From a candidate division WOR-3 bacterium (GTDB taxonomy: Bacteria; Hydrothermota; UBA3072; B12-G15), in the NCBI GenBank assembly GCA_965649055.1, contig CBFGJG010000005.1:25726-72704 (forward strand): a DNA stretch of 46,979 bases, written 5' to 3'. Below are positions 9,818 through 19,040 of this stretch, piece after piece (position 1 is the first letter of the stretch; each line of letters opens with the position of its first letter). Under the pieces are notes generated by a model. That model was not told the origin of the DNA. It did not search any database and saw only the letters and a program-made list of their open reading frames with translations. Position numbers and translations under genes: made by a program.

Positions 9818-11403
9818 AATTCCTCCTTTTTTAGTATTGTTGGTTTTTTATAATCTTCTCTCTTATAAGGGTAATCTTTATTGTAATGTAAACCTCTTGA
9901 TTCTTTCCTCCTGTATGCGGAAATTGTTATGAGGTAACCTATTATTGCAAGATTCCTCAGTTCTATAACACTTTTTGTTATCTTTGCCCTTGTAATTATA
10001 TCTTTTACATCATCAAGGATAACCTGGAATCTTTTAAGTGCCTTTTCAAGCCTTTCATCACTTCTAACAATACCTACATAATCCCACATTGTTTGTTTTA
10101 TTTCTTTTATTAGATGCGATACCATTATTTCCTCAAATTCAGAATTTGACTTTGAAATCTTTTCAGAATATGAATAAATTTCTCTAAAATCATTTATTTT
10201 CCTTTTTGCATCTTCAGCTGCCCTTGATGAAAAAACAAGTGCTTCAAGTAATGAATTACTTGCAAGCCTGTTTGCACCATGAACACCGGTATATGCCACC
10301 TCACCCGATGCATAAAGGTTTTCAATATCTGTTTTACCCCAGAGGTCTGTAACTATACCACCACATAAATAATGTGCAGCAGGAACAACGGGTATAGGTT
10401 CCGATGTTATATCAATATTTTCTTCAAGGCAGTATCTGTATATATTGGGAAACTTGTTCTTAATTTTATCTTTATCAATATTTCTTAAATCAAGAAAAAC
10501 ATATTCATCACCTGTATCTTTTAAAACCTTATCAATTGCCCTTGCAACAACATCCCTTGGTGCAAGCTCTCTCAATGGGTGAAAATCTTCCATAAATCTT
10601 CTTCCTCTTTTATCGATAAGTATTCCACCCTCACCTCTAACAGCCTCTGATATAAGTATATTTCTTTCCCTTTCCTTCTTTGAATACAATGTTGTAGGAT
10701 GGAATTGAACAAATTCAAGATTTCCTACAGAACATCCTGCCTTTACACCCATTGCAATACCATCACCTGTTGCTATCTCGGGATTTGTTGTATGTAGATA
10801 AACCTGACAACCACCGCCGGAACAAAGTATCGTTATTTTTGAATAAATCTTTATAAATTCATTCGTATCAAGGTCAATTGCGTTAACACCAATACATCTG
10901 TTATCATCTATAATCAAATCATAAACAAGTATATTTTCAAAAATTCTTATATTTCTTTTCTCCCTGATCCTTGATAATAATGTATGTTCAATTTCTTTCC
11001 CTGTAAGGTCTTCAGAATGCAATATTCTTCTGTGTGAGTGACCACCTTCCTGCCATAGGTCATATACTTCCTTTCCGTTAACAATCTTTTTTGAAAATCT
11101 AACACCTATCTCTATTAATTCCTTAACATATTTTATCCCTTCTTCTACCATAATTTTTACTGCATTATAATCACATATGCCTTCACCGGCTTTCATTGTA
11201 TCCTCAATATGAGATTCAACGCTATCTTCCTCACTCATCACCACTGCAATTCCACCCTGAGCATAGTTTGTGTTTGCATCTGTCTTATGTTTTTTTGTAA
11301 GAATGATAACATCACCAGCATCTGCAACACGGAGAGAGAAATTTAGCCCTGAAAGACCGCTTCCTATTACAAGAAAATCAGTTCTTATTCCCGAACTCTC
11401 CAT
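9802..11403 (-). CDS. nadB: L-aspartate oxidase
   Basis: VIGSGLSG FAD motif, YAQGGIA, EGGHS.RRILH, QFHPT, SEAVRGEG, LAPRDVVAR, HGANRLASNSLLE, ESRGLHY. Confidence 0.96.
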   Translation of the reverse strand: MESSGIRTDFLVIGSGLSGLNFSLRVADAGDVIILTKKHKTDANTNYAQGGIAVVMSEEDSVESHIEDTMKAGEGICDYNAVKIMVEEGIKYVKELIEIGVRFSKKIVNGKEVYDLWQEGGHSHRRILHSEDLTGKEIEHTLLSRIREKRNIRIFENILVYDLIIDDNRCIGVNAIDLDTNEFIKIYSKITILCSGGGCQVYLHTTNPEIATGDGIAMGVKAGCSVGNLEFVQFHPTTLYSKKERERNILISEAVRGEGGILIDKRGRRFMEDFHPLRELAPRDVVARAIDKVLKDTGDEYVFLDLRNIDKDKIKNKFPNIYRYCLEENIDITSEPIPVVPAAHYLCGGIVTDLWGKTDIENLYASGEVAYTGVHGANRLASNSLLEALVFSSRAAEDAKRKINDFREIYSYSEKISKSNSEFEEIMVSHLIKEIKQTMWDYVGIVRSDERLEKALKRFQVILDDVKDIITRAKITKSVIELRNLAIIGYLITISAYRRKESRGLHYNKDYPYKREDYKKPTILKKEELWNLS

Positions 11404-12647
11404 ATTTTAGCCCCTATTTCCTCAAGTTTCTTGTCAATTTTTTCGTATCCTCTATCAATATGATAAACCCTTGATATTGAAGTTTCACCTGATGCAATAA
11501 GGCCTGCTATTACGAGTGCAGCACCTCCTCTAATATCAGAAGCCATAACAGGAGCACCTTTTAAATTACCTCCTCCTTTTATTATTGCAGTATTATCATC
11601 TATCTTAATATCAGCACCCATTCTTATAAGTTCAGGTATATGCATAAATCTATTCTCAAAAATTGTTTCGGTAATAACACTAACACCTTCTGCCCTTAAA
11701 AGCATCGAAGTAAAAGGTGCCTGCAGGTCTGTGGGGAATTTTGGATATGGTCCTACAACAATATCAACAGGTTTTATCTCCCCTTCAGATTTGATATTGA
11801 TGTTTTTTTCATATACACTCAAATTAACACCGGCTTCTTTTAATTTTTCAATAACATTCTCAAGATGTTCAGGTATAACATTCTTAATTGTTACATCACC
11901 ACCTGTTGCTGCAACAGCTGATAAAAATGTCCCTGCCTCAATCCTATCGGGTATAACTTCATAATCAACAGGTGTGAACTCTTTTTTTCCTCTTATCTTT
12001 ACTACCTTTGTTCCTTCTCCTTCTATATCTGCTCCCATCTTCTTTAAAAAACTGATAACATCTAAAACCTCAGGTTCAATTGCTGCTCCATTTATAATAG
12101 TTTCCCCTTCACATCTTGTTGCTGCAAATATTGTGTTTATAGTTGCACCGACACTTGAACCTTTATCCCCCTCAAGGTATATCTTATTACCTTTTATCCT
12201 ATCTGCCTCGGCTTCTATATAACCATTAATTATGTTCACAGAAACATTCAAAGCCTTCAATCCTTTTATATGTAAATCAACAGGTCTTGGACCGAGAACA
12301 CATCCACCCGGTAAAGATACCCTTGCCCTTTTAAGTCTTGAAACAAGTGAGCCCAAAACATAATAACTTGCTCTCATCTTCTTCACAATATCATAAGGTG
12401 CTTCATAACCAACTGCACCTCTTGTATCTATAACAACTGAATTTTCTTCAAACTGAACCTTTACACCAAGAACCCTTAAAACATCTGCCATTGTGTATAC
12501 ATCCATTAATAGTGGAACATTTTTTATCCTGTAAACTCCTTCCTGGATAAGGGTTCCTGCCATAATTGGTAATACTGCATTTTTGGAACCACTTACCTCT
12601 ATTTCTCCGGACAATTTTGAACCACCAAGTATAAAAATTCTATCCAT
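11385..12647 (-). CDS. murA: UDP-N-acetylglucosamine 1-carboxyvinyltransferase
   Basis: SGSKNA.LP, MRAS, LPGGC..GPRPVDLH (catalytic Cys), DRIEAGT, FPTDLQ, HIDRGYE. Confidence 0.97.
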   Translation of the reverse strand: MDRIFILGGSKLSGEIEVSGSKNAVLPIMAGTLIQEGVYRIKNVPLLMDVYTMADVLRVLGVKVQFEENSVVIDTRGAVGYEAPYDIVKKMRASYYVLGSLVSRLKRARVSLPGGCVLGPRPVDLHIKGLKALNVSVNIINGYIEAEADRIKGNKIYLEGDKGSSVGATINTIFAATRCEGETIINGAAIEPEVLDVISFLKKMGADIEGEGTKVVKIRGKKEFTPVDYEVIPDRIEAGTFLSAVAATGGDVTIKNVIPEHLENVIEKLKEAGVNLSVYEKNINIKSEGEIKPVDIVVGPYPKFPTDLQAPFTSMLLRAEGVSVITETIFENRFMHIPELIRMGADIKIDDNTAIIKGGGNLKGAPVMASDIRGGAALVIAGLIASGETSISRVYHIDRGYEKIDKKLEEIGAKIWRVRE

Positions 12648-14355
12648 TTTTCAGAAACATTATTAAATTTTTATAATTATTTGTATTTATTATGTCACTT
12701 TTATTAAGCCATGCTCTTCTTGCAAGAAAGACGCCATATTTAATATCTTCCATCATTTTTATATTATGTGCATCTGTATTTATTATCAACTTAATTCCGA
12801 ACTCCTTTGCTCTTTTAGCGTTCACCTCGTTTAAATCAAGTCTATCATAATATGAGTTTATTTCAAGTAAAATATTTTTCTCTTTAGCCTTCATAAATAC
12901 TTTCTCAATGTCTACATCGTATCCTTCCCTACCTGAGAGTAATCTTCCGGTAGGATGTGCTATTATCTTTACATAAGGATTATCCATTGCTGAAAGTATC
13001 CTTTCTGTTACATTTTTTTTAAACCCCTGATGTATAGCTGCTATAACATAATCAAGTTTTTTTAAAACATCTTCCGGAAAATCCAATTCTCCATTTTTCA
13101 ATATATCAACCTCAGCACCTTTCAAAATCTTTATACCTTTAATTTTTTTATTCAATTCATCTATCTCTTCCATCTGTTTATATATTCTTTCTATCTCAAG
13201 ACCACCAGCATATTTAACACTCATAGAATGGTCTGCTATCCCTATATACTCATATCCTAACTTTATACCGTATCTTGCAATCTCTTTTATACTATCCGAA
13301 CCATCGGAATAATCAGAATGAATATGCAAATCACCTTTTATATCTCTTAAATTAATTATTTCTGGAATCTTACCTTTCTGTGCAAGTTCAATTTCTCCTC
13401 TATCTTCCCTTAATTCAGGTGGTATCCATATGAGCCCAAGCAAATTATAAATATCTTCTTCCTTTTCACCACACAAGAATTCTTCATTTTTAAATATCCC
13501 GTATTCACTCAACTTTAATCCTTTATCTTTTGCTATGCCCCTTAATTTAACATTGTGTGCCTTGGAACCTGTAAAATATTGTAATGCAGCACCGAATGAT
13601 TTTTCAGGGACAACCCTTAAATCAATCTGTATATTTATCTGGTTATCTATTATTGAGCCTTTTGTATCACCCTTTGAAAGAATCTTCTGAACATTCTTTA
13701 AGTTTGTGAAGTATTCAACAATTTTTTCTCCATCTTCACCAGCCACAAGTATATCTATATCCCCGATTGTTTCACAATGTCTTCTGTATGAACCAGCAAC
13801 CTCTATATTTTTTATCATTTTACTCTTCTTTAGTTCATTAACAAAGTAATCAACCACCTTCTCAACTATTCCAATTGGATATCTTCTCCTTGTATTTTTC
13901 AAAGAGAGATATTGTTTTATACCATCCTGGATATTTTCTATTTTTTTTCTACCCATCATAGGCAGTTTTTCAAGCTTACCATTATTTATAACCTCTATGA
14001 GTTGCTGGAGATTCTGAACACCAAGTTCTTCATAAGCAAGTTTAATTGTCTTAGGACCAAGATTAGGGATGTTAAGAAGTTCGAAAAGCCCCTCAGGTAT
14101 ATCTTTTACAACCTCATCATATTTTTCTATTTTACCTGTTTTTATGTATTCTTCTATCTTTTTTGCAATCCCTTCACCAATACCCGGGATTTCCCTGATT
14201 CTTCCTTCTTTTACAATATCTTCTATGTCTTCTGTCAGGTCATTTAAAGATCTTGCAGCATTTCGATATGCAATTATTTTAAATTTATTTTCCCCTTTTA
14301 TCTCCAATGCATCTGCAATCTTCTCAAAAATCTTTGCTATCTCGTTATTTTTCAT
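12640..14355 (-). CDS. polX: DNA polymerase X with C-terminal PHP domain
   Basis: HhH IPGIGEGI, AGSYRR..ETIGDIDIL, QIDLR, YFTGSK.HN; PHP motifs DLHIHSDYSDG, IAHPTGR, NTDAH. Confidence 0.95.
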   Translation of the reverse strand: MKNNEIAKIFEKIADALEIKGENKFKIIAYRNAARSLNDLTEDIEDIVKEGRIREIPGIGEGIAKKIEEYIKTGKIEKYDEVVKDIPEGLFELLNIPNLGPKTIKLAYEELGVQNLQQLIEVINNGKLEKLPMMGRKKIENIQDGIKQYLSLKNTRRRYPIGIVEKVVDYFVNELKKSKMIKNIEVAGSYRRHCETIGDIDILVAGEDGEKIVEYFTNLKNVQKILSKGDTKGSIIDNQINIQIDLRVVPEKSFGAALQYFTGSKAHNVKLRGIAKDKGLKLSEYGIFKNEEFLCGEKEEDIYNLLGLIWIPPELREDRGEIELAQKGKIPEIINLRDIKGDLHIHSDYSDGSDSIKEIARYGIKLGYEYIGIADHSMSVKYAGGLEIERIYKQMEEIDELNKKIKGIKILKGAEVDILKNGELDFPEDVLKKLDYVIAAIHQGFKKNVTERILSAMDNPYVKIIAHPTGRLLSGREGYDVDIEKVFMKAKEKNILLEINSYYDRLDLNEVNAKRAKEFGIKLIINTDAHNIKMMEDIKYGVFLARRAWLNKSDIINTNNYKNLIMFLKNG

Positions 14356-14362
14356 TAATAGA

Positions 14363-14390
14363 ATTATAATAATAAATTTTTTTAAGTCAA
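14363..14390 (-). promoter_or_regulatory. Putative sigma70 promoter of the polX-murA-nadB-hpf-hprK-rapZ operon (leaderless)
   Basis: Minus strand TTGACT-16 bp-TATAAT, 7 nt before ATG 14355; no SD. Confidence 0.7.
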
Positions 14391-14453
14391 GACTTTCTCA
14401 AAAAGCGGTCATTTCTTGATATAAAATAAAGGATTGAATGCTAAATTTTATCT

Positions 14454-16898
14454 TTATACACCTAATGAAACAGGTTCGGATGACAGGAATATAAGTTTAT
14501 CATCCTCTCTTGAGACAACAATCTTTGTCCCTTTCTTCCATCTACCCTGTAATATTGCTTCGGCAAGTGGGTCTTCAAGGTATGTATTAAGAACCCTCAA
14601 AAGTGGTCTTGCACCAAATTCAGGATCAAAACCTTTCTCTATAAGAAATTCCCTTGCCTCATCTGTCAGAGAAATTTCATAACCTTTGTCTTTCACCCTT
14701 TCCTGTATTTCTTCAAAATGTATATCTATGATTTTTTTCATTATATCTTTTTCAAGTTTTCTAAATACAACTACTGCATCAACCCTATTTACAAATTCTG
14801 GATTAAATGTCTTTTTCACCTCTTCAACCAGATATTCCTTCATCTTGTTATAATCTTTTTCAGCATCATCCTTCTGAAAACCTACCTGTGTTCCCCTCAT
14901 AAGTTCTTTTGTTCCAATATTTGATGTCATTATTATAACTGCATTCTTGAAAGAAACCCTTCTACCGTAGGCGTCTGTCAGGCTCCCATCATCAAGAATC
15001 TGTAATAGAATATTAAAGACATCAGGATGTGCCTTTTCAATTTCATCGAATAAAACAACAGAATACGGCCTCCTTCTTATTTTTTCAGTCAGCTGACCAC
15101 CTTCATCATAACCGACATAACCCGGAGGAGCACCTATAAGTTTTGAAACATTGAATTTTTCCATATACTCACTCATATCAAGTCTTATAAGTGCATTCTC
15201 AGAATTGAACAGGAATATTGCTATCTGTCTTGCGAGTTCTGTTTTTCCAACACCTGTTGGACCGAGGAAAATAAAAGAACCTATTGGTTTACGCGGGTCT
15301 TTAAGACCGGTCCTGCTTCTTCTTAATGCCTTTGCAATTATGGCGATTGCATCATCCTGTCCAACAATCCTTTTCTTCAGTTCTTCTTCCATCTTCAGTA
15401 ATTTTTCAGATTCCTTTTCTTCTATCTTTACAAGCGGAATACCTGTCCACATGGAAATAACGTATCTTACATCCTCCTCGCTCACTTCACCAAGGATACT
15501 ATCTTTTTGTTTTTTCCATTTATCACGTTCTATCTGTATCTTCTTCTCAACCTCATCCCTTTTATTTTTAAGCCCAATTGCAAGCTCATATTTACCTTCG
15601 TTTCGAACCTCACTAAGCTTTTCATTTATTTCCTTTAATTCTTTATCAAGTCTTTTCAATTCTTCCGGATACTGTGATGATAATAATTTTACCCTTGCAC
15701 CTGCTTCGTCCAATACATCAATCGCCTTATCCGGGAGGTATCTTTCATTTATATATCTATCCGCAAGTTTTGCAGATGCTTCAATAGCAGATTCTGAATA
15801 TTTAACTTTATGATGTGCCTCATATTTTGGGGCAAGACCTTTTAATATCTTTATTGTCTCATCAACGGTTGGTGGGTCAACAATAATTATCTGGAACCTT
15901 CTTTCAAGGGCACCGTCCTTTTCAATATGTTTTCTGTATTCTTCCATAGTTGTTGCACCTATACATTCAATCTCACCCCTTGCAAGTGCAGGTTTTAACA
16001 TATTTGATGCATCAATAGCACCCTCGGCAGCACCAGCACCAACAAGTGTATGAATCTCATCAATAAAAAGTATTATGTTTTTTGATTCCTGTAACTCAAA
16101 CAGTATATTCTTGAGCCTTTCTTCAAACTGACCTCTGTATTTTGTTCCGGCAATAACAGCAGCAAGGTCAAGGCTTAAAATCCTCTTTTCGAGCAGGGCG
16201 TCAGGAACTTCTTTTAGCACAATCCTCTGTGCGAGCCCTTCTACTATTGCTGTTTTCCCAACACCAGGTTCACCTATCAAAACAGGATTATTTTTCTTCC
16301 TTCTTGAAAGAACCTGTATCACCCTCTCTATTTCTTTCTCCCTTCCTATCACCGGATCAAGTTTTCCATCTTCAGCAAGCTGTGTAAGGTCCCTTGTATA
16401 GTATTCAAGTGTTTAACCAATTTTTTTTCTACTTTTTCTTTCCGATTCGTAGAGTGTTAACATTATATTTCTTGCCCTTGTAATATCCAGTGAGTATTCC
16501 ATCAATAGCTCAGAAGCAAATGAATTCTCCACCTGTATTATACCAAGTAATAAATGTTCTGTCCCCATAACAGTTCCAGATCTCTGTATCATTTCCCTTT
16601 TTGCAATGTCAAAGGCTTCCATTGTCTTTGAATCAAATTGTATATTACCCCTCTTTTGGAAACTCTGATAACCAAAACCTCTTTCCTTTTCAATATAATC
16701 TTCAAGTTCCTTTCTGACCCTTGGAATATCAACACCAGCCTCTTTTAATATCTCAAAAGCTTTATTTTGTGCATCGTTTATGATTGTGAGAAGCAAAAGT
16801 TCCACTGTGATTTGATAGAGATTCCTACTCATTGCCTCTCTTTCTGCTATCTGAAGAATTCTATTTAAATGTTCAGAAAATCTCGAATCTTTATACAA
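14454..16898 (-). CDS. clpC: ClpC AAA+ chaperone, interrupted by one in-frame TAA at 16413-16415 (codon 162)
   Basis: TTG 16898 with GGAGG SD. Clp N-domain (GTEHLLLG), then ...[15 protein letters not shown]...[10 protein letters not shown] in the same frame. Two NBDs ([14 protein letters not shown]; [17 protein letters not shown]), coiled M-domain, VGF ClpP-docking loop. 814 codons if read through. Functional status uncertain. Confidence 0.9.
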
Positions 16899-17934
16899 TT
16901 TTACCTCCAAGGTTTAATTTAACAAATTTAGCCCTTTTCTCTTCAATCGTTTCATCATCTCCAATATCCAAGTATTTTAAATGTTTATTTTGTGTAAATA
17001 TAATAAATTTATTGATAAAGTCAATAGGTGTATCCTTTATTATTCCATAGTTTAGACCGAGCTTATATGCAGAAAAAAGATTCAAAAATTCATCAAACAT
17101 AAGTAATTTCGCATAAAGAAGGACACCATAAGCCCTCCATATTCTATCTTCTATTTCTTTTTTAGCATATTCAATTATATATTTCCTTTGGTTGTATTCC
17201 AGTATTATTATTTCTTCTACAAATTTTTTAAAGCTCTCAATAAGTTCTTCTTCAGAGTATTTCAAAGTATACTTATTTCTTATCACAAAGATACTTCCCA
17301 CTGCGGTCCTGTTATCTTCAAAATAAGGATATATTATAAATCCTCTTTCTGTTGCATTTAAAACGACCTCTTTGAATTTGTCTGTTATAACAATACTTGG
17401 AAGATGGAGAAAGGATTCTATAATTATACCTGTTCCTGAATAAAAAGGTGAAGATGTAAGATAACCGAATTGTTCATTTAAAGATATTTTAAATTCCTTT
17501 GAAATTATATAGAATTTAGAGACCAAATCTTCATAATTCAAATTTGTTTCAAGTCCTGAAAAAAGGTTAAAGAAGGTAAGATGGTCTTCATAATTAAGAA
17601 TTATACCGCTATCAAACTCATTGTTAAACATAATATAACCTTGTGGTTTTAAAGTAATCTTATCATCTATAAGAAATCTTTCCCTCAAGATTTCCCTTTC
17701 ATCTGTTTCGAGCTCTTTTAAATCATAGTGATTCTGGAATAATTTCTTACTTTCAAGGTATTCAGTTATGTATTTTTTAAGTTCCTCCTTTTCATTATCC
17801 AGCATCTTGTTGGGGAAACAGTACTCAGATAAATTTCTTTTCATAATCATTTTTGTAAACATAACAATATCATTATAGCTTCCGTTATTTTTAAGATAAT
17901 TTGGGACCTCTTCTATCCTATCAATTATCCTCAT
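16891..17934 (-). CDS. mcsB: McsB-like ATP:guanido phosphotransferase family protein, catalytically degenerate
   Basis: Lies between mcsA and clpC; LNYEDHL, GYLTSSP..SGTG....FLHLP, EDRIWRAYGVLLYA. Confidence 0.85.
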   Translation of the reverse strand: MRIIDRIEEVPNYLKNNGSYNDIVMFTKMIMKRNLSEYCFPNKMLDNEKEELKKYITEYLESKKLFQNHYDLKELETDEREILRERFLIDDKITLKPQGYIMFNNEFDSGIILNYEDHLTFFNLFSGLETNLNYEDLVSKFYIISKEFKISLNEQFGYLTSSPFYSGTGIIIESFLHLPSIVITDKFKEVVLNATERGFIIYPYFEDNRTAVGSIFVIRNKYTLKYSEEELIESFKKFVEEIIILEYNQRKYIIEYAKKEIEDRIWRAYGVLLYAKLLMFDEFLNLFSAYKLGLNYGIIKDTPIDFINKFIIFTQNKHLKYLDIGDDETIEEKRAKFVKLNLGGKIV

Positions 17935-18376
17935 ATATCTTCAACTCTTCCTCATATTTTTCTATTTTATCCCTTACCTTAACAGCTTCTTCATAATCTT
18001 CAATTTCAATAAGTCTTTCAAGTTTTTTCTTGAGATTTCTTAACTTCATCTTTATTAACAATGCTTCGTTGAAACGTTGAATAACCTTTCCACCAAATCT
18101 ATCGGTATCCTGAATCTTCTTAAAAATTGATATTAAAATAGGCTTAAAATTTGAATAGCATTCTTCACAACCTAATTCCATCTTTTCTAATATCTCTTCA
18201 TATGTTTTTCCACATCTTGGACATGGTCTCATAGATACAGGTGAAGATATCTTATCTTCTATACCTTCCATTTTTGCACAATCTTCGCAGAGATGCCGGA
18301 TTACCTTAACTCCATCTTTTTCTATTTCATAAATATTCAATTTCGCCTCATTTTTTTTACATTTATCACATTTCAT
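17921..18376 (-). CDS. mcsA: McsA (four CxxC motifs plus UVR domain)
   Basis: CDKC, CEDC, CPRC, CEECY; C-terminal UVR motif EDYEEAVKVRDKI. Start placed at MKCDKC. Confidence 0.9.
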   Translation of the reverse strand: MKCDKCKKNEAKLNIYEIEKDGVKVIRHLCEDCAKMEGIEDKISSPVSMRPCPRCGKTYEEILEKMELGCEECYSNFKPILISIFKKIQDTDRFGGKVIQRFNEALLIKMKLRNLKKKLERLIEIEDYEEAVKVRDKIEKYEEELKIYEDN

Positions 18377-19040
18377 ATGCTTCAAGGACTCCTTTTCTTA
18401 TAATATATACTTTTTTTGCTATTTTCGCAACTTTTTCGTTATGGGAAACAAGGATAACCGTCCTGTCTTTGAGCCCTTTTATTACATCAACCACTATAGA
18501 TGCATTTTCTTCATCAAGGTTCCCGGTTGGCTCGTCTAAAAGTAATATTTCAGGGTCATTAATAAGAGCCCTTGCGATAGCTGCCCTCTGTCTTTCACCA
18601 CCGGAAAGCTGGTTTGGCTTATAGTTTATCCTGTGTGAAAGATTAAACCTTTCAATAATGGATAGTGCCTTTTTCCTTGAATCTCTGAAACTCATATTAC
18701 ATATAAGTAAAGGAAGCATTACATTTTCAAGGAGGGTAAAATCCTGCAAAAGATGATGGAATTGGAATACAAAGCCTATTGATTTATTTCTTATATTAGA
18801 TATCTCTTCCTCTGTATTTCTGTAAAGATCTTTACCAAGAAATAGAACCTCTCCTGATGTAGGATGCTCAAGCCCACCAATAATATGTAATAATGTTGAT
18901 TTTCCTGAACCTGAAGGGCCTACAATTGAAATAAAATCATTTTTATAAACATTGAAATTTACACCTTTTAAAACCTCAAGATGTTCTGATGATGTTATAA
19001 AGACCTTCCTAACATCTTTCAGTGTTAATATTTCATTCAT
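18366..19040 (-). CDS. lolD: Lipoprotein-releasing ABC transporter ATP-binding protein
   Basis: GPSGSGKST, GFVFQFHHLL, LSGGERQR, DEPTGNLD; adjacent to the LolC/E permease. Confidence 0.9.
   Translation of the reverse strand: MNEILTLKDVRKVFITSSEHLEVLKGVNFNVYKNDFISIVGPSGSGKSTLLHIIGGLEHPTSGEVLFLGKDLYRNTEEEISNIRNKSIGFVFQFHHLLQDFTLLENVMLPLLICNMSFRDSRKKALSIIERFNLSHRINYKPNQLSGGERQRAAIARALINDPEILLLDEPTGNLDEENASIVVDVIKGLKDRTVILVSHNEKVAKIAKKVYIIRKGVLEAYEM

Noticed and set aside
14391-14453. Possible terminator or small RNA between clpC and the polX promoter
   Set aside because: No convincing stem with a U-tract, and too short and AT-rich to support an ncRNA call.
15151-15813. 220-aa plus-strand ORF opposite clpC (and similar ORFs opposite murA, lysS, rho, recG)
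   Set aside because: Antisense to strongly conserved genes; no SD or promoter, no recognisable domain.
16413-16415. Selenocysteine/pyrrolysine insertion or an alternative genetic code at the clpC internal stop
   Set aside because: The codon is TAA, not TGA or TAG, and TAA terminates many other genes normally in this window.
16421-16428. A8 run (minus strand) before the clpC stop as a programmed frameshift site
   Set aside because: The downstream clpC sequence is in the same frame as the upstream part, so a +1 or -1 shift would not restore the protein.
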